Source: Eledone cirrhosa
Taxonomy: Eukaryota
Reading direction: 5' to 3'
Length of the DNA stretch: 64,000 nt
NCBI GenBank assembly: GCA_964016885.1
Contig: OZ024756.1
Location: 11,408,001-11,472,000 of the forward strand
Shown here piece by piece: positions 41,735 through 54,737 of this stretch. The notes under the pieces were generated by a model. It was not told the origin of the DNA and did no database searches. It saw only the letters and a list, made by a program, of their open reading frames with translations. A program made the translations under genes and the position numbers. Each line of letters opens with the position of its first letter. The first letter of the stretch is position 1.

Positions 41735-43220
41735 TTTCCTTCTCTCTTCCCTTCCCTCCCTCTCTCTCTTTATCTCTCCCCTCTGTCTCTCTCTCTCTTC
41801 CCGCCCTCTCTTCCCTTCTCTCCCTCTCTCTCTTCCCGCCCTCTCTTCCCTTCTCTCCCTCTCTCTCTTCCCGCCCTCTCTTCCCTTCTCTCCCTCTCTT
41901 CCCTTCCTTCCCTCTCTCTTCCCTCACCCCTCTCTCTCCCCCTCTCTCTCTTACCCTCCCCCTCTCTCTCTTACCCTCCCCCTCTCTCTCTTACCCTCCC
42001 CCTCTCTCTCTTACCATCCCCCTCTCTCTCTTACCCTTCCCTCTCCCTCTCTCACCCTTCCCCTCTCTCTTACCATTCATTCCCCCTCTCTCTCTTCCCT
42101 TCGCTCTTTCTTCCCCCCCCTCTCTCCCGTCCCTCTCCCTATTCCCCCTCTCTTCCCTTCCCTCTCTCCCCTTCCCTCTCTCCCCCTCCCTTCCCGTCCC
42201 TCTCTCCTCCGTCTCCCTCTCCTTCCTGTCTTACTCTCTCTATTTCTGACGCCCACCCTGCTGTCTAATCCTCCCTCATTTTAATTCACTCCTCTCATTC
42301 ACCTTCCAAACTTCCCACTTTACCCCCCCCCCCCCCCTCATCTATAGCATCAAGTCTAACATGGAGTGCCATACCTACTGTTAAGTCACTCTATTGATCT
42401 GTTGTGATCAAAACCTCTGCTGAAAAAAATAGTAAGACATTGAACTGTTGAAGAACTAAACTCTGCCTTTTGTTTTCATTGTCCAACACACACACACACA
42501 CACACACTCACACTCACACTCACACACTCACTCACACTCACACACACACACACACTCACACTCAGACACACACACACACACACACACACTCAGACACACA
42601 CACACACGAGTCCCAAGTTCAATGGAGGATAACCACATTAAGGTACTCAATATGTTAGTAGAGTGTAAACATGTTTAATATAGAAATGGCTTCTACAGGA
42701 CTAGAATTGTTTCATTGAAAAGAAATCATCAGGTTTTCCTGATGATTTCTTTTGAATGAAACAGTTATCACATTCACCCCATCCCCCCCTCTCTCCCCCT
42801 CTCTCTTCCTCTCTCTCCCCCCTCTCTCTTCCTCTCTCTTCCTCTCTCTCCCCCTCTCTCTTCCTCTCTCTCCCCCTCTCTCTTCCTCTCTCTCCCCCCT
42901 CTCTCTTCCTCTCTCTCCCCCTCTCTCTTCCTCTCTCTCCCTCTCTCTTCCTCTCTCTTCCTCTCTCTCCCCCCCCTCCTCTCCCTTCCTCTCTCTCTCC
43001 CCCCTCTCTCTTCCTCTCTCTTCCTCTCTCTCCCCCTCTCTCTTCCTCTCTCTCCCCTCTCTCACCCCCCCCTCTCTTCCTCTCTCCCTCCCCCCTCTCT
43101 CTTCCTCTCTCTCCCTTCTCTCTTCCTCCCCCCTCTCTTCACCTCTCTCCCCATCTTCCCCCTCTCTCTTCCCCCCCTCTTCCTATCTCCCCCCCTCTCC
43201 CCATCTTTCTCTTCCCTTCC
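41735..43220. repeat. Polypyrimidine (CT-rich) tracts at 41735-42240 and 42780-43220, plus (CA)n
   Basis: Seen directly. Confidence 0.9.
42675..42767. mobile_element. Family B fold-back fragment
   Basis: ctgatgatttc...gaaaca on both strands around the loop aggttttcct. Confidence 0.6.
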
Positions 43221-43422
43221 GAGCACGCCTAACCCTTAACCTACGCAGAAAACCGAAAGCTGCAATGGCTAGCACCCTTCCGTTCACTGAGCTCGTGCGA
43301 TCGAGGTTACCCTATATAGTAGACAGGACCCCCTGGCCGCGCTGCATCCCCCGCAATCGTCGCTAATCCCCCAAGGACGATCCACCGGCCACGGGGGATT
43401 AGCTACGATCGCGGTGGCTTTT

Positions 43423-43450
<28 letters not shown>

Positions 43451-43453
<3 letters not shown>

Positions 43454-43655
43454 GGAACCAGTAAGACCCCGACAGCTGAGCTCAAGCCGTTTCGACGGCT
43501 AATTCTGGACTAAATTTTAGTCCAGAATTAGCCGTCGAAATGGCTTGAGCTCAGCTGTCGGGGTCTTACTGGTTCCTAATACCCACTCTACTACCTCAAG
43601 TATTGAGTACTTTGGTGCGTTATGGTCCACCTGGTTCCTTACCACATTTCCTTCG

Positions 43656-43658
<3 letters not shown>
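43451..43658 (+). mobile_element. Fold-back family A copy
   Basis: Arms centred near 43515, the same tail, flanked by TA repeats. Confidence 0.75.
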
Positions 43659-43690
<32 letters not shown>

Positions 43691-43692
<2 letters not shown>

Positions 43693-44360
43693 ATGATATT
43701 CAATAAATGGAAACTATATTTATAAAACCATATTTATTTTATTATATACTAGCAGATGTACCCGGCGTTACTCGGGAAATGAATGACAGCCTGAATTGTT
43801 CAAGGTCGTTTATGCTTAGCTAGCAATTTCTGAGTGCATGTCAGCTAATTGGCTAGCCAATGAGAGGTTGCTTCAATAGCACGTGCCAAATCGGCCTAGT
43901 ACTTCAAAAGTTAAAAGGAGCCTAGTATTTGTACACAGACAGACAGACAGACACACACACACACACAGTCCGACTTGCTTTTATATATATAGATATTTCA
44001 AGGGTAGCAAAGCACTTTGGTACGCTTTCTTCAGATAAAATACAAAGTTTGTTTTATAAATAGAGACATACCCATGAAAAAAATACCTTATCGGTTGGAA
44101 ATTCACTGGATAGTCACTATCCAGTGAATTTCCAACCGATAAGGTATTTCTTTCATGGGTATGTCTCTATTTATAAAACAAACTTTGTATTTTATCTGAA
44201 GAAAGCATACCAATGTTTTGGTACCCTTGATATGTAATAAAATATATGTTTTTATAAATATAGTTTCCATTTATTGAATAGCATTGAATATTTCTTCCAG
44301 TAACTTGTTGAGTGCTCTAAATCAGTTATAAACATTTATTATTAAATACCACTTCTACTT
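43691..44360 (+). mobile_element. Fold-back family E copy interrupted by a Helitron
   Basis: Centre ggatagt-c-actatcc at 44115; CTGAAGA core variant on both arms; tail ...ttgagtgctct. Confidence 0.75.
43749..43993 (-). mobile_element. 245-bp non-autonomous Helitron
   Basis: Minus strand 5' TCTATATATATAAAAG ... hairpin CCCGagtaacgcCGGG then tacatctgCTAG-3'. It sits between A and T with no TSD, and removing it restores the family E sequence. Confidence 0.85.
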
Positions 44361-44780
44361 ATATATATACATACACAGGCACACACACACACACACAGTA
44401 TTATACTGTGATATCATGTCAAAATTTATGTATTAAAATAGCAGGTTATTGTATAAAATTTCAATATATTGACTCAGTTGTCCTAATTGTTAATTATATT
44501 GTGTTATCATTACAGTGGTCATTATTTTTAATTATATTGGTTTAATATTGCAGCAGTGGCATCATTAATATAAATTACATTATATTCTTGCCACTGATGA
44601 TCAGTATTCCTGTCATTAGTTGCATTTCTTAATTAGTCATATGGCACATGTAGTGTTGCTGTTAACACGAGTATATAACTGGTACAGACGCACCCTTGGT
44701 TGAATGGTTTGCTACACAGTCAGTAGGTCCCAGGTTTGATCCAACTGTGTCTATCTTGGGGAAAGTGTCATTTATACAGT

Positions 44781-45100
44781 GCTCAATCAAGGTATGTGAG
44801 CTAATCTATGATATTTATGTTTAACCATCCTCCGGGGAAACGCCTTCTCCATTCTATCCGCTGGGACTGTGGCGAGGCCATCAATATGATTACTTAACCC
44901 TTTCATTACCATATTTTTAACAAGGAACAAAAGTGCTACCTAAAGTTAAATGGCCAAATTTTGACCATTTCTCCAGATTGTAAAGAGGGATCAAATTTGT
45001 GATCTAGGGAATGGTCAATATTGGACCTTGGCACTTTAGGTGCCCTTTGTTCCAGGTATGAACATAAATATCATAGATTAGCTCACACACCTGATTGAGC
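44781..45100. mobile_element. Fold-back/MITE-like element with 40-bp outer and nested inner inverted repeats
   Basis: Outer gctcaatcaaggtatgtgagctaatctatgatatttatgtt / aacataaatatcatagattagctcacacacctgattgagc; inner ggaacaaa..cctaaagt..ttgaccatt / aatggtcaa..actttagg..tttgttcc. Confidence 0.55.
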
Positions 45101-45135
45101 AGTTTTCCTTTTGCACATCCACCAATATTCTACTC

Positions 45136-48100
45136 CCTCTCTCTCACACACTTTACCACCACCACCACCACCACCACCTCTCTCACACACTTTACCACCA
45201 CCACCACCATCTCTCTCTCACACACTTTACCACCACCACCACCACCACCATCTCTCTCTCACACACTTACCACCACCACCACCATCTCTCCTCACACACT
45301 TTACCACCACCACCACCATCTCTCTCTCACACACTTACCACCACCACCACCATCTCTCTCTCACACACTTTACCACCACCACCACCACCTCTCTCTCACA
45401 CAATTACCACCACCACCACCATCTCTCTCTCTCACACACTTTACCACCACCTCTACCACCATCTCTCTCTCACACACTTTACCACCACCACCACCACCAC
45501 CACCACCACCACCACCACCACCATCTCTCTCTCTCACACACTTTACCACCACCACCACCACCACCATCTCTCTCTCTCACACACTTTACCACCACCACCA
45601 CCACCACCATCTGTCTCTCTCACACACTTTACCACCACCACCGCCACCACCACCATCTCTCTCTCACACACTTACCACCACCACCACCATCTCTCTCTCT
45701 CACACACTTTACCACCACCACCACCATCTCTCTCTCTCACACACTTTACCACCACCACCACCACCACCATCTCTCACACACTTTACCACCACCACCACCA
45801 CCACCACTCTCTCTCACACACTTTACCACCACCACCACCATCTCTCTCTCTCTCTCTCACACACTTTACCACCACCACCACCATCTCTCTCTCTCTCTCT
45901 CTCACACACTTTACCACCACCACCACCATCTCTCTCTCTCACACACTTTACCACCACCTCCACCACCATCTCTCTCTCACACACTTTACCACCACCACCA
46001 CCACCACCATCTCTCTCTCTCACACACTTTACCACCACCACCACCACCACCATCTCTCTCTCACACTTTACCACCACCACCACCACCACCACCACCATCT
46101 CTCTCTCTCACACACTTTACCACCACCACCACCACCACCATCTCTCTCTCTCACACACTTTACCACCACCACCACCACCACCACCACCATCTCTCTCTCA
46201 CACACTTACCACCACCACCACCACCACCACCACCATCTCTCTCTTTCACTCACACACTTTACCACCACCACCACCACCACCACCACCACCACCACCACCA
46301 CCACCATCCTCTCTCTCACACACTTTACCACCACCACCACCATCTCTCTCTCACACACTTAACCACCACCACCACCATCTCTCTCTCACACACTTTACCA
46401 CCACCACCACTCTCTCTCACACACTTTACCACCACCACCACCATCTCTCTCTCTCACACACTTTACCACCACCACCACCATCTCTCTCTCTCACACACTT
46501 TACCACCACCTCCACCACCATCTCTCTCTCACACACTTTACCACCACCACCACCACCTCTCTCTCTCACACACTTTACCACCACCACCACCACCATCTCT
46601 CTCTCTCACACACTTTACCACCACCACCACCACCATCTCTCTCTCACACACTTTACCACCACCACCACCATCTCTCTCTCTCACACACTTTACCACCACC
46701 ACCACCACCACCATCTCTCACACACTTTACCACCACCACCACCACCACCACTCTCTCTCACACACTTTACCACCACCACCACCATCTCTCTCTCTCTCTC
46801 TCACACACTTTACCACCACCACCACCATCTCTCTCTCTCACACACTTTACCACCACCTCCACCACCATCTCTCTCTCACACACTTTACCACCACCACCAC
46901 CACCACCACCACCATCTCTCTCTCTCACACACTTTACCACCACCACCTCCACCACCATCTCTCTCTCACACACTTTACCACCACCACCACCATCTCTCTC
47001 TCTCACACACTTTACCACCACCACCACCACCACCATCTCTCTCTCACACTTTACCACCACCACCACCACCACCATCTCTCTCTCTCACACACTTTACCAC
47101 CACCACCACCACCACCACCATCTCTCTCTCTCACACACACTTTACCACCACCACCACCATCTCTCTCTCACACACTTTACCACCACCACCACCACCACCA
47201 TCTCTCTCTTTCACTCACACACTTTACCACCACCACCACCACCACCACCACCATCTCTCTCTTTCACTCACACACTTTACCACCACCACCACCACCACCA
47301 CCACCATCTCTCTCTTTCACTCACACACTTTACCACCACCACCACCACCACCACCACCATCTCTCTCTCTCACACACTTTACCACCACCACCACCACCAC
47401 CATCTCTCTCTCACACACTTAACCACCACCACCACCATCTCTCTCTCACACACTTTACCACCACCACCACTCTCTCTCACACACTTTACCACCACCACCA
47501 CCATCTCTCTCTCTCACACACTTTACCACCACCTCCACCACCATCTCTCTCTCACACACTTTACCACCACCACCACCACCTCTCTCTCTCACACACTTTA
47601 CCACCCCACCACTCTCTCTCACACACTTTACCACCACCACCACCACCTCTCTCTCTCACACACTTTACCACCACCACCACCACCATCTCTCTCTCTCACA
47701 CACTTTACCACCACCACCACCACCATCTCTCTCTCACACACTTTACCACCACCACCACCATCTCTCTCTCTCACACACTTAACCACCACCACCACCACCA
47801 CCACCATCTCTCACACACTTTACCACCACCACCACCACCACCACTCTCTCTCACACACTTTACCACCACCACCACCATCTCTCTCTCTCTCTCTCTCTCA
47901 CACACTTTACCACCACCACCACCATCTCTCTCTCTCACACACTTTACCACCACCTCCACCACCATCTCTCTCTCACACACTTTACCACCACCACCACCAC
48001 CACCACCACCATCTCTCTCTCTCACACACTTTACCACCACCTCCACCACCATCTCTCTCTCACACACTTTACCACCACCACCACCACCACCACCACCATC

Positions 48101-49960
48101 TCTCTCTCTCACACACTTTACCACCACCACCACTACCACCATCTCTCTCTCTCACACACTTTACCACCACCACCATCTCTCTCTCTCACACACTTTACCA
48201 CCACCACCACCACCACCACCACCATCTCTCTCTCACACACTTTACCACCACCACCACCATCTCTCTCTCACACACTTTACCACCACCACCACCATCTCTC
48301 TCTCTCACACACTTTACCACCACCACCACCACCATCTCTCTCTCACACACTTTACCACCACCACTCTCTCTCACACACTTTACCACCACCACCACCATCT
48401 CTCTCTCTCTCTCTCACACACACTTTACCACCACCACCACCACCACCACCACCACCATCTCTCTCTCTCACACACTTTACCACCACCTCCACCACCATCT
48501 CTCTCTCACACACTTTACCACCACCACCACCACCACCACCTCTCTCTCTCACACACTTTACCACCACCACCACCACCACCACCACCACCACCACCATCTC
48601 TCTCTCTCTCTCTCACACACTTTACCACCACCTCCACCACCATCTCTCTCTCTCTCACACACTTTACCACCTCCACCACCATCTCTCTCTCTCTCACACA
48701 CTTTACCACCACCACTACCACCATCTCTCTCTCACACACTTTACCACCACCACCACCACCATCTCTCTCTCACACACTTTACCACCACCACCACCATCTC
48801 TCTCTCACACGCTTTACCACCACCACCACCACCACCATCTCTCTCACACACTTTACCACCACCACCACCACCACCATCTCTCTCTCACACATTTTACCAC
48901 CACCACCACCACCATCTCTCTCTCACACACTTTACCACCACCACCACCACCAGCTCTCTCTCACACACTTTACCACCACCTCCACCACCATCTCTCTCTC
49001 ACACACTTTACCACCACCTCCACCACCATCTCTCTCACACACTTTACCACCACCACCACCACCACCACCACCACCACCACCACCACCTCTCTCTCTCACA
49101 CACTTTACCACCACCACCACCACCACCATCTCTCTCTCACACACTTTACCACCACCTCCACCACCATCTCTCTCTCTCTCACACACTTTACCACCTCCAC
49201 CACAATCTCTCTCTCTCTCACACTTTACCACCACCACCACCATCATCTCTCTCTCACACACTTTACCACCACCACCACCACCATCTCTCTCTCACACACT
49301 TTACCACCACCACCACCATCTCTCTCTCTCACACACTTTACCACCACCTCCACCACCATCTCTCTCTCTCTCTCTCTCACACACTTTACCACCTCCACCA
49401 CAATCTCTCTCTCTCTCACACACTTTACCACCACCACCACCACCATCATCTCTTTCTCACACACTTTACCACCACCACCACCACCATCTCTCTCTCACAC
49501 ACTTTACCACCACCACCACCATCTCTCTCTCTCTCTCACACACTTTACCACCACCTCCACCGCCATCTCTCTCTCACACACTTTACCACCACCACCACCA
49601 TCTCTCTCTCACACACTTTACCACCACCACCACCACCATCTCTCTCTCACACACTTTACCACCACCACCACCACCAGCTCTCTCTCACACACTTTACCAC
49701 CACCTCCACCACCATCTCTCTCTCACACACTTTACCACCACCACCACCACCTCTCTCTCTCACACACTTTACCACCACCTCCACCACCATCTCTCTCTCA
49801 CACACTTTACCACCACCTCCACCACCATCTCTCTCTCACACACTTTACCACCACCACCACCACCCTCTCACACACTTTACCACCACCTCCACCACCATCT
49901 CTCTCTCACACACTTTACCACCACCACCACCACCACCGTCACCACCACCACCACCACCAC
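45136..49960. repeat. 4.8-kb compound satellite (TC)n(AC)nTTTA(CCA)n
   Basis: Seen directly; monomer length varies, roughly 25-60 bp. Confidence 0.97.
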
Positions 49961-50404
49961 CATTCCTTCACTACCGCCAGCACCAACACCACCGTCACCA
50001 CCACCACCACCGTCACCACCATACCTTCACTACCGCTAGCACCAACACAACCAGCACTACCACAACCACCGAGTTCACCACGACCACACCACCGAGTTCA
50101 CCACCACTACACACCACCACTACCATTACCCCCCCCCCCCCCATTCTTGGCTATCCTCCAACTAAACTACAATATAGTATTATATACAGTGTCTAATCTT
50201 ATTTCCTTGTCTGTGGAATATATGGAGATGTGTGTGTATATTATGTACATGTATGTATATGTGTGATGTATATATATATATGTATGTATATATGTATGTA
50301 TGTGTATTTATATATATGTATGTGTATTTATGTGAGAAAACCCCCCCCCCCCGTCCAAACCCATGCAAGCGTGGAACACGGACGTTAAACGTTGATGATG
50401 ATGA

Positions 50405-50475
50405 TGTATATATGTATGTATGTGTATTTATATATGTATGTATGTGTATTTATATATATATGTGTATTTATATAA

Positions 50476-50506
<31 letters not shown>

Positions 50507-51155
50507 TGTATGTATGTATGTATGTGTATTTATATATGTATGTATGTGTATTTGTATATATATATGTGTGTATTTGTATATATATATGTATGTATGTGTA
50601 TTTGTATATGTGTAAGTATGTGTATTTGTATATATATGTGTATGTATGTGTATTTGTATATGTGTGTAAGTATTTGTATATATGTGTATGTATGTGTATT
50701 TATATATATATATGTGTATTTGTATATGTATGTGTATGTATGTGTATTTGTATATATGTGTATGTATATATATATATATTACATATATATATGTACATAT
50801 GTATGTTTGTGTGTATATATGTGTGTATATATATATATGTGTATGTACATATATGTGTATTTGTATATATCTGTATGTGTATTTGTATATATGTGAATGT
50901 ATGTGTATTTATTTATATATATATATGTATGTGTATTTGTATGTATGTGTATGTGTATATATGTGTATGTTTATATATGTGTATATATGTGTATGTTTAT
51001 ATATGTGTATGTATGTGTATGTGTATATGTTTGTGGGTATATATGTGTGGGTGTATATATATGTGTATGTACATATATGTGTGTATGTATATGTATGTAC
51101 ATATATGTGTGTATGTATATGTATGTGTATTTATATATGTGAATGTATATATGCA
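50405..51155. repeat. TATG/TA/TG-rich microsatellite
   Basis: Seen directly. Confidence 0.9.
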
Positions 51156-51279
51156 CATTATAAATCACAAGACTTTTTTTTTAGATCATCGACCCCTTTC
51201 AGGAATCCTTGACCCTTCGTTGACCCAAAACATGTATAAATAAACTAGTAAATAGAATATAAAAAGAAATGATAGATTA

Positions 51280-51690
51280 TATATAAATCAGAAACATGTA
51301 TATTGTAATCATATATATATATAAAAATCAGGAACATGTATAATGTAATAATATATGTATATATAAATCAGGAACATGTATATTGTAATAATGTATGTAT
51401 ATATAAATCAGGAACATGTATATTGTAATAATATATTTGCATATAAATCAGGAACATGTATATTGCAATCATATGTATAAATCAGGAACATGTATATTGC
51501 AATCATATATATAAATCAGGAACATGTATATGGCAATCATATATATATATAAATCAGGAACATGTATATTGCAATCATATATGTATATATAAATCAGGAA
51601 CATGTATATGGCAATCATATATATATAAATCAGGAACATGTATATTGCAATCATATATGTATATATAAATCAGGAACTTGTATATTATAA
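51280..51690. repeat. About 32-42-bp tandem repeat, about 11 copies
   Basis: Unit tataaatcaggaacatgtatattgcaatcata(ta)n. Confidence 0.9.
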
Positions 51691-51913
51691 TAGTATATTT
51701 ATTTTCATTTTTAATCCTACAAATGCTACGTTTTGGCCTATAAGTTCCTTTGGGTCGCCTTTATGGATCCCTGGAAGAGGTGGGGTGGAGTCAATGTCGA
51801 TTATTTTGGGGTCCCCCTGTTTTATTGTATATATATGTATATATCCAAACGGAACCTGAACCGATAAGCTCTGGTTTCTGGGGTATGTCACTATTTATAA
51901 AACAAATTTTGTA

Positions 51914-51971
51914 TTTTATCTGATGAGGGCATACCAACATTTTTGGTACTCTTGAAATATATATAATAGAA
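51914..51971 (+). ncRNA. Hammerhead motif in a family E element (51855-52515)
   Basis: ttttat-CTGATGA-gggcataccaacatttttggtactctt-GAAA-tatatata-atagaa. Confidence 0.6.
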
Positions 51972-52013
51972 TAAATATGGTTTTATAAATATACTTTCCA
52001 TTTATTAATATCA

Positions 52014-52429
52014 CTAGCAGAAAACCACCCTTCGTAGATATGATACATGTAGGATATGATACATGTAGGATATGATACATGTAGATATGATACATGTAGA
52101 TATGATATATCAAATAAAATCGTAATTGACAATATATAATACATAGAAATTGAACGAAGACTGCGTTACACTGTCTTATTTAATCAGTAACGTAATCCAT
52201 GATACATTAAAAAAGACGATATATATATAAACTGCATTAGGAGAAAATTAGTGACAGAAAATTAGTGATGGCCACCGGAAGTGTTGACATTTCAGAAATT
52301 TTAAAGAAGTGAATCTTTAAATAAGCAAAATATATTTAATCAACAGTCACGAAAACTTATTTTACTAATGGGCTAAAAAAATTATAAACCGCACGCAATT
52401 CCGCGCTCCTTACTTTATTATAGTTTAGA
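52014..52429 (-). mobile_element. Non-autonomous Helitron nested in a family E element
   Basis: a|CTAG...GA|t on +, i.e. TC...CTAG on -. Removing it gives aatatca-ttgatattatactccag, matching 2560-2584. No TSD; internal 15-bp tandem repeat tagatatgatacatg. Confidence 0.75.
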
Positions 52430-52808
52430 TTGATATTATACTCCAGGAAAGCTGTTGAGTGCTTCGAATCTGTTATAAATAAATTTGTTGAATTACCAAC
52501 AAATTAGATATCTCTCTGTGTGTGTGTATATATATATTTGTTTTTGATATGAAATTGTGTGTCGAAAGAAATATTGATGATGTTGCAGATGTGCAACGAA
52601 AGAACTTTGTTAGACTATATATATATATTTATATCTGTATTTTTGACCGTTGGTCACTCAATGATAAACATTGATGGCCGAATGAATTAACTATGGAGAT
52701 ATAAAAGATACAGAAGCGAAACCAGCCAAGCAGTGAATGTGTTCTGTTATTATTTCTGGCAATAGTATTACAACAATATGACCCTCCCCAAATATAACAA
52801 TATATATA

Positions 52809-53147
52809 CATGGCTTAGTGGTTAGAGCATTGGGCTTGCAATCGAAAGGTTGTGAGTTCAATTCTCAGACCGGGTGATGTGTTGTTTCCTTGAGCAAGAC
52901 ACTTTATTTCACATTGCTCCAGTTTACTCAGCTGTAGAAATGAGATGATAGGGACCGGGGTCCCTATCATTCCACTGTAAAATGGTCGTGGAGGTGCCAT
53001 GGCAAAAAAAGCACCCAGCACTCACTGTAAATGAGGTTGGTGTTAGGAAGGGCATCCAGCTGTAGAAATCAAGCCAGAATCGGTTCCTGTTCCACCCTTG
53101 CAAGCAGGGAAAAGCGGACGTAAAATGATGATGATGATGATGATGAT
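52809..53147 (+). mobile_element. SINE family 1
   Basis: Near-full match. Confidence 0.9.
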
Positions 53148-53473
53148 ATATCAACCTAACGCCTTAAAATAAAAATCTGCTGCCACAAATGCCAAAAAAC
53201 AAAACAAGAAAACCATTCAGTGGCTTTCTGCCAACTAAAATACAATACTTGATATATTATGTAATGAAACTTACTTCTCACTATATATAATCATGTGTGT
53301 GGTGGGTATATACTCAGGGAATGTCTATTGTTGTTTATTGCTGTTCAATTATCATTATTTATTCTCACATGGACAAAAACAAAAGTTAATCCTTCATTTT
53401 ATGATCCCAGACAACTTCCGGTTAATTCCTGTGGTTGAAAATAAAAATATAAAAACAAATGTCAGTTATGATA

Positions 53474-53838
53474 GAAAAATATTCCAGTTGTGTATCTGAG
53501 ACACAGTATGCTTTGTATCTTTCTTTGTTTTTTTAAGACAACGGGATGTTATTTGAGGGTGATTTGGCTACTATTTCTCTCAGGTAGAGTCTATTTTCTA
53601 TGAAAAATATTCCAGTTGTGTATCTGAGACACAGTATGATTTGTGTCTTTCTTTGTTTTTTAAGACGGTGGGGTGTTATTTGAGGGTGATTTGGCTACTA
53701 TTTCTCTCAGGTAGAGTTTATTTTCTATGAAAAATATTCCAGTTGTGTATCTGAGACACAGTATGATTTGTGTCTTTCTTTGTTTTTGGGTGATTTGGCT
53801 ACTATTTCTCTCAGGTAGCGGTTATTTTCGATGAAATA
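53474..53838. repeat. About 128-bp tandem triplication
   Basis: gaaaaatattccagttgtgtatctgagacacagtatg... at 53474, 53602 and 53729; the third unit is internally deleted. Confidence 0.85.
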
Positions 53839-53934
53839 TATTCATTGGCCCCAGCCTTTTACTGATTGTCATTTAACTACCTAGATTTTCTAAAACAATT
53901 TCATATAAGCCACCACTTCAATGAATATGTTTAA

Positions 53935-54329
53935 CACTTTAGCATATAAACCGGCTGTATCCGGCCAGAATTCTGTCACCTCTTTCTGTTCAAACCGGCT
54001 GTGACTGGTCACTCACACTGATGTTAAGGTATTGTTCTCAAAATAAATAATTTTCTACTTTTGGCACAAGGCCAGCAATTATCTCAGTGTATTACTGGTA
54101 CTTTATTTTATCGACCCCCGTAAGGATGAAAGGCAAAGTTAACCTCGGTGGGATTTGAACTCAGATCATGAAGGGGCGTAACTCTATGCTGCAAGGCATG
54201 GTGTCCGATCCTCTACCGATACTGCCAATCCACCACCCCTTCTCAAAATAAATATCAAAATTTCATTGATTCAAAAGCCCTTACCACAAAATACAATAGT
54301 ATATATAGAGTAATGTAAACGCTAAAGAG
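53935..54329. mobile_element. TTAA-flanked MITE with nested SINE
   Basis: TTAA-cacttta...taaagag-TTAA; body homologous to 27728-27934. Confidence 0.75.
54050..54239 (-). mobile_element. SINE family 2 with 15-bp TSD
   Basis: TSD ttctcaaaataaata at 54035-54049 and 54240-54254. Confidence 0.85.
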
Positions 54330-54396
54330 TTAAGGTACCTACCTAGATTATCTGAAACACAATATCATATAAGCCACCATTTCAATACATATGTTT

Positions 54397-54737
54397 GGAG
54401 GCACATGGCTTAGTGGTTAGAGCACAGGCCTTGCAATCGAAAGGTTCAGTTCTCAGACCAGGTGATGTGTTGTTTCCTTGAGCAAGACACTTTATTTCAC
54501 ATTGCTCCAGTTTACTCAGCTGTAGAAATGAGATGATAGGGACTGGGGTCCCTATCATTCCACTGCAAAGTGGTCGTGGAGGTGCCACAGCAAAAAAGCA
54601 CCCAGCACTCACTGTAAATGAGGTTGGTGTTAGGAAGGGCATCCAGCTGTAGAAATCAAGCCAGAATCAGTTCTCGTCCCACCCTTGCAAGCAGGGAAAA
54701 AGCGGACGTAAAATGAAATGATGATGAAATGATGATG
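54397..54737 (+). mobile_element. SINE family 1
   Basis: Full match with a small deletion in the B-box region. Confidence 0.9.

Noticed and set aside
45095-50039. Long Pro/His/Thr-rich (extensin-like) ORFs
   Set aside because: Translation of a nearly G-free simple-sequence satellite that is open in several frames.
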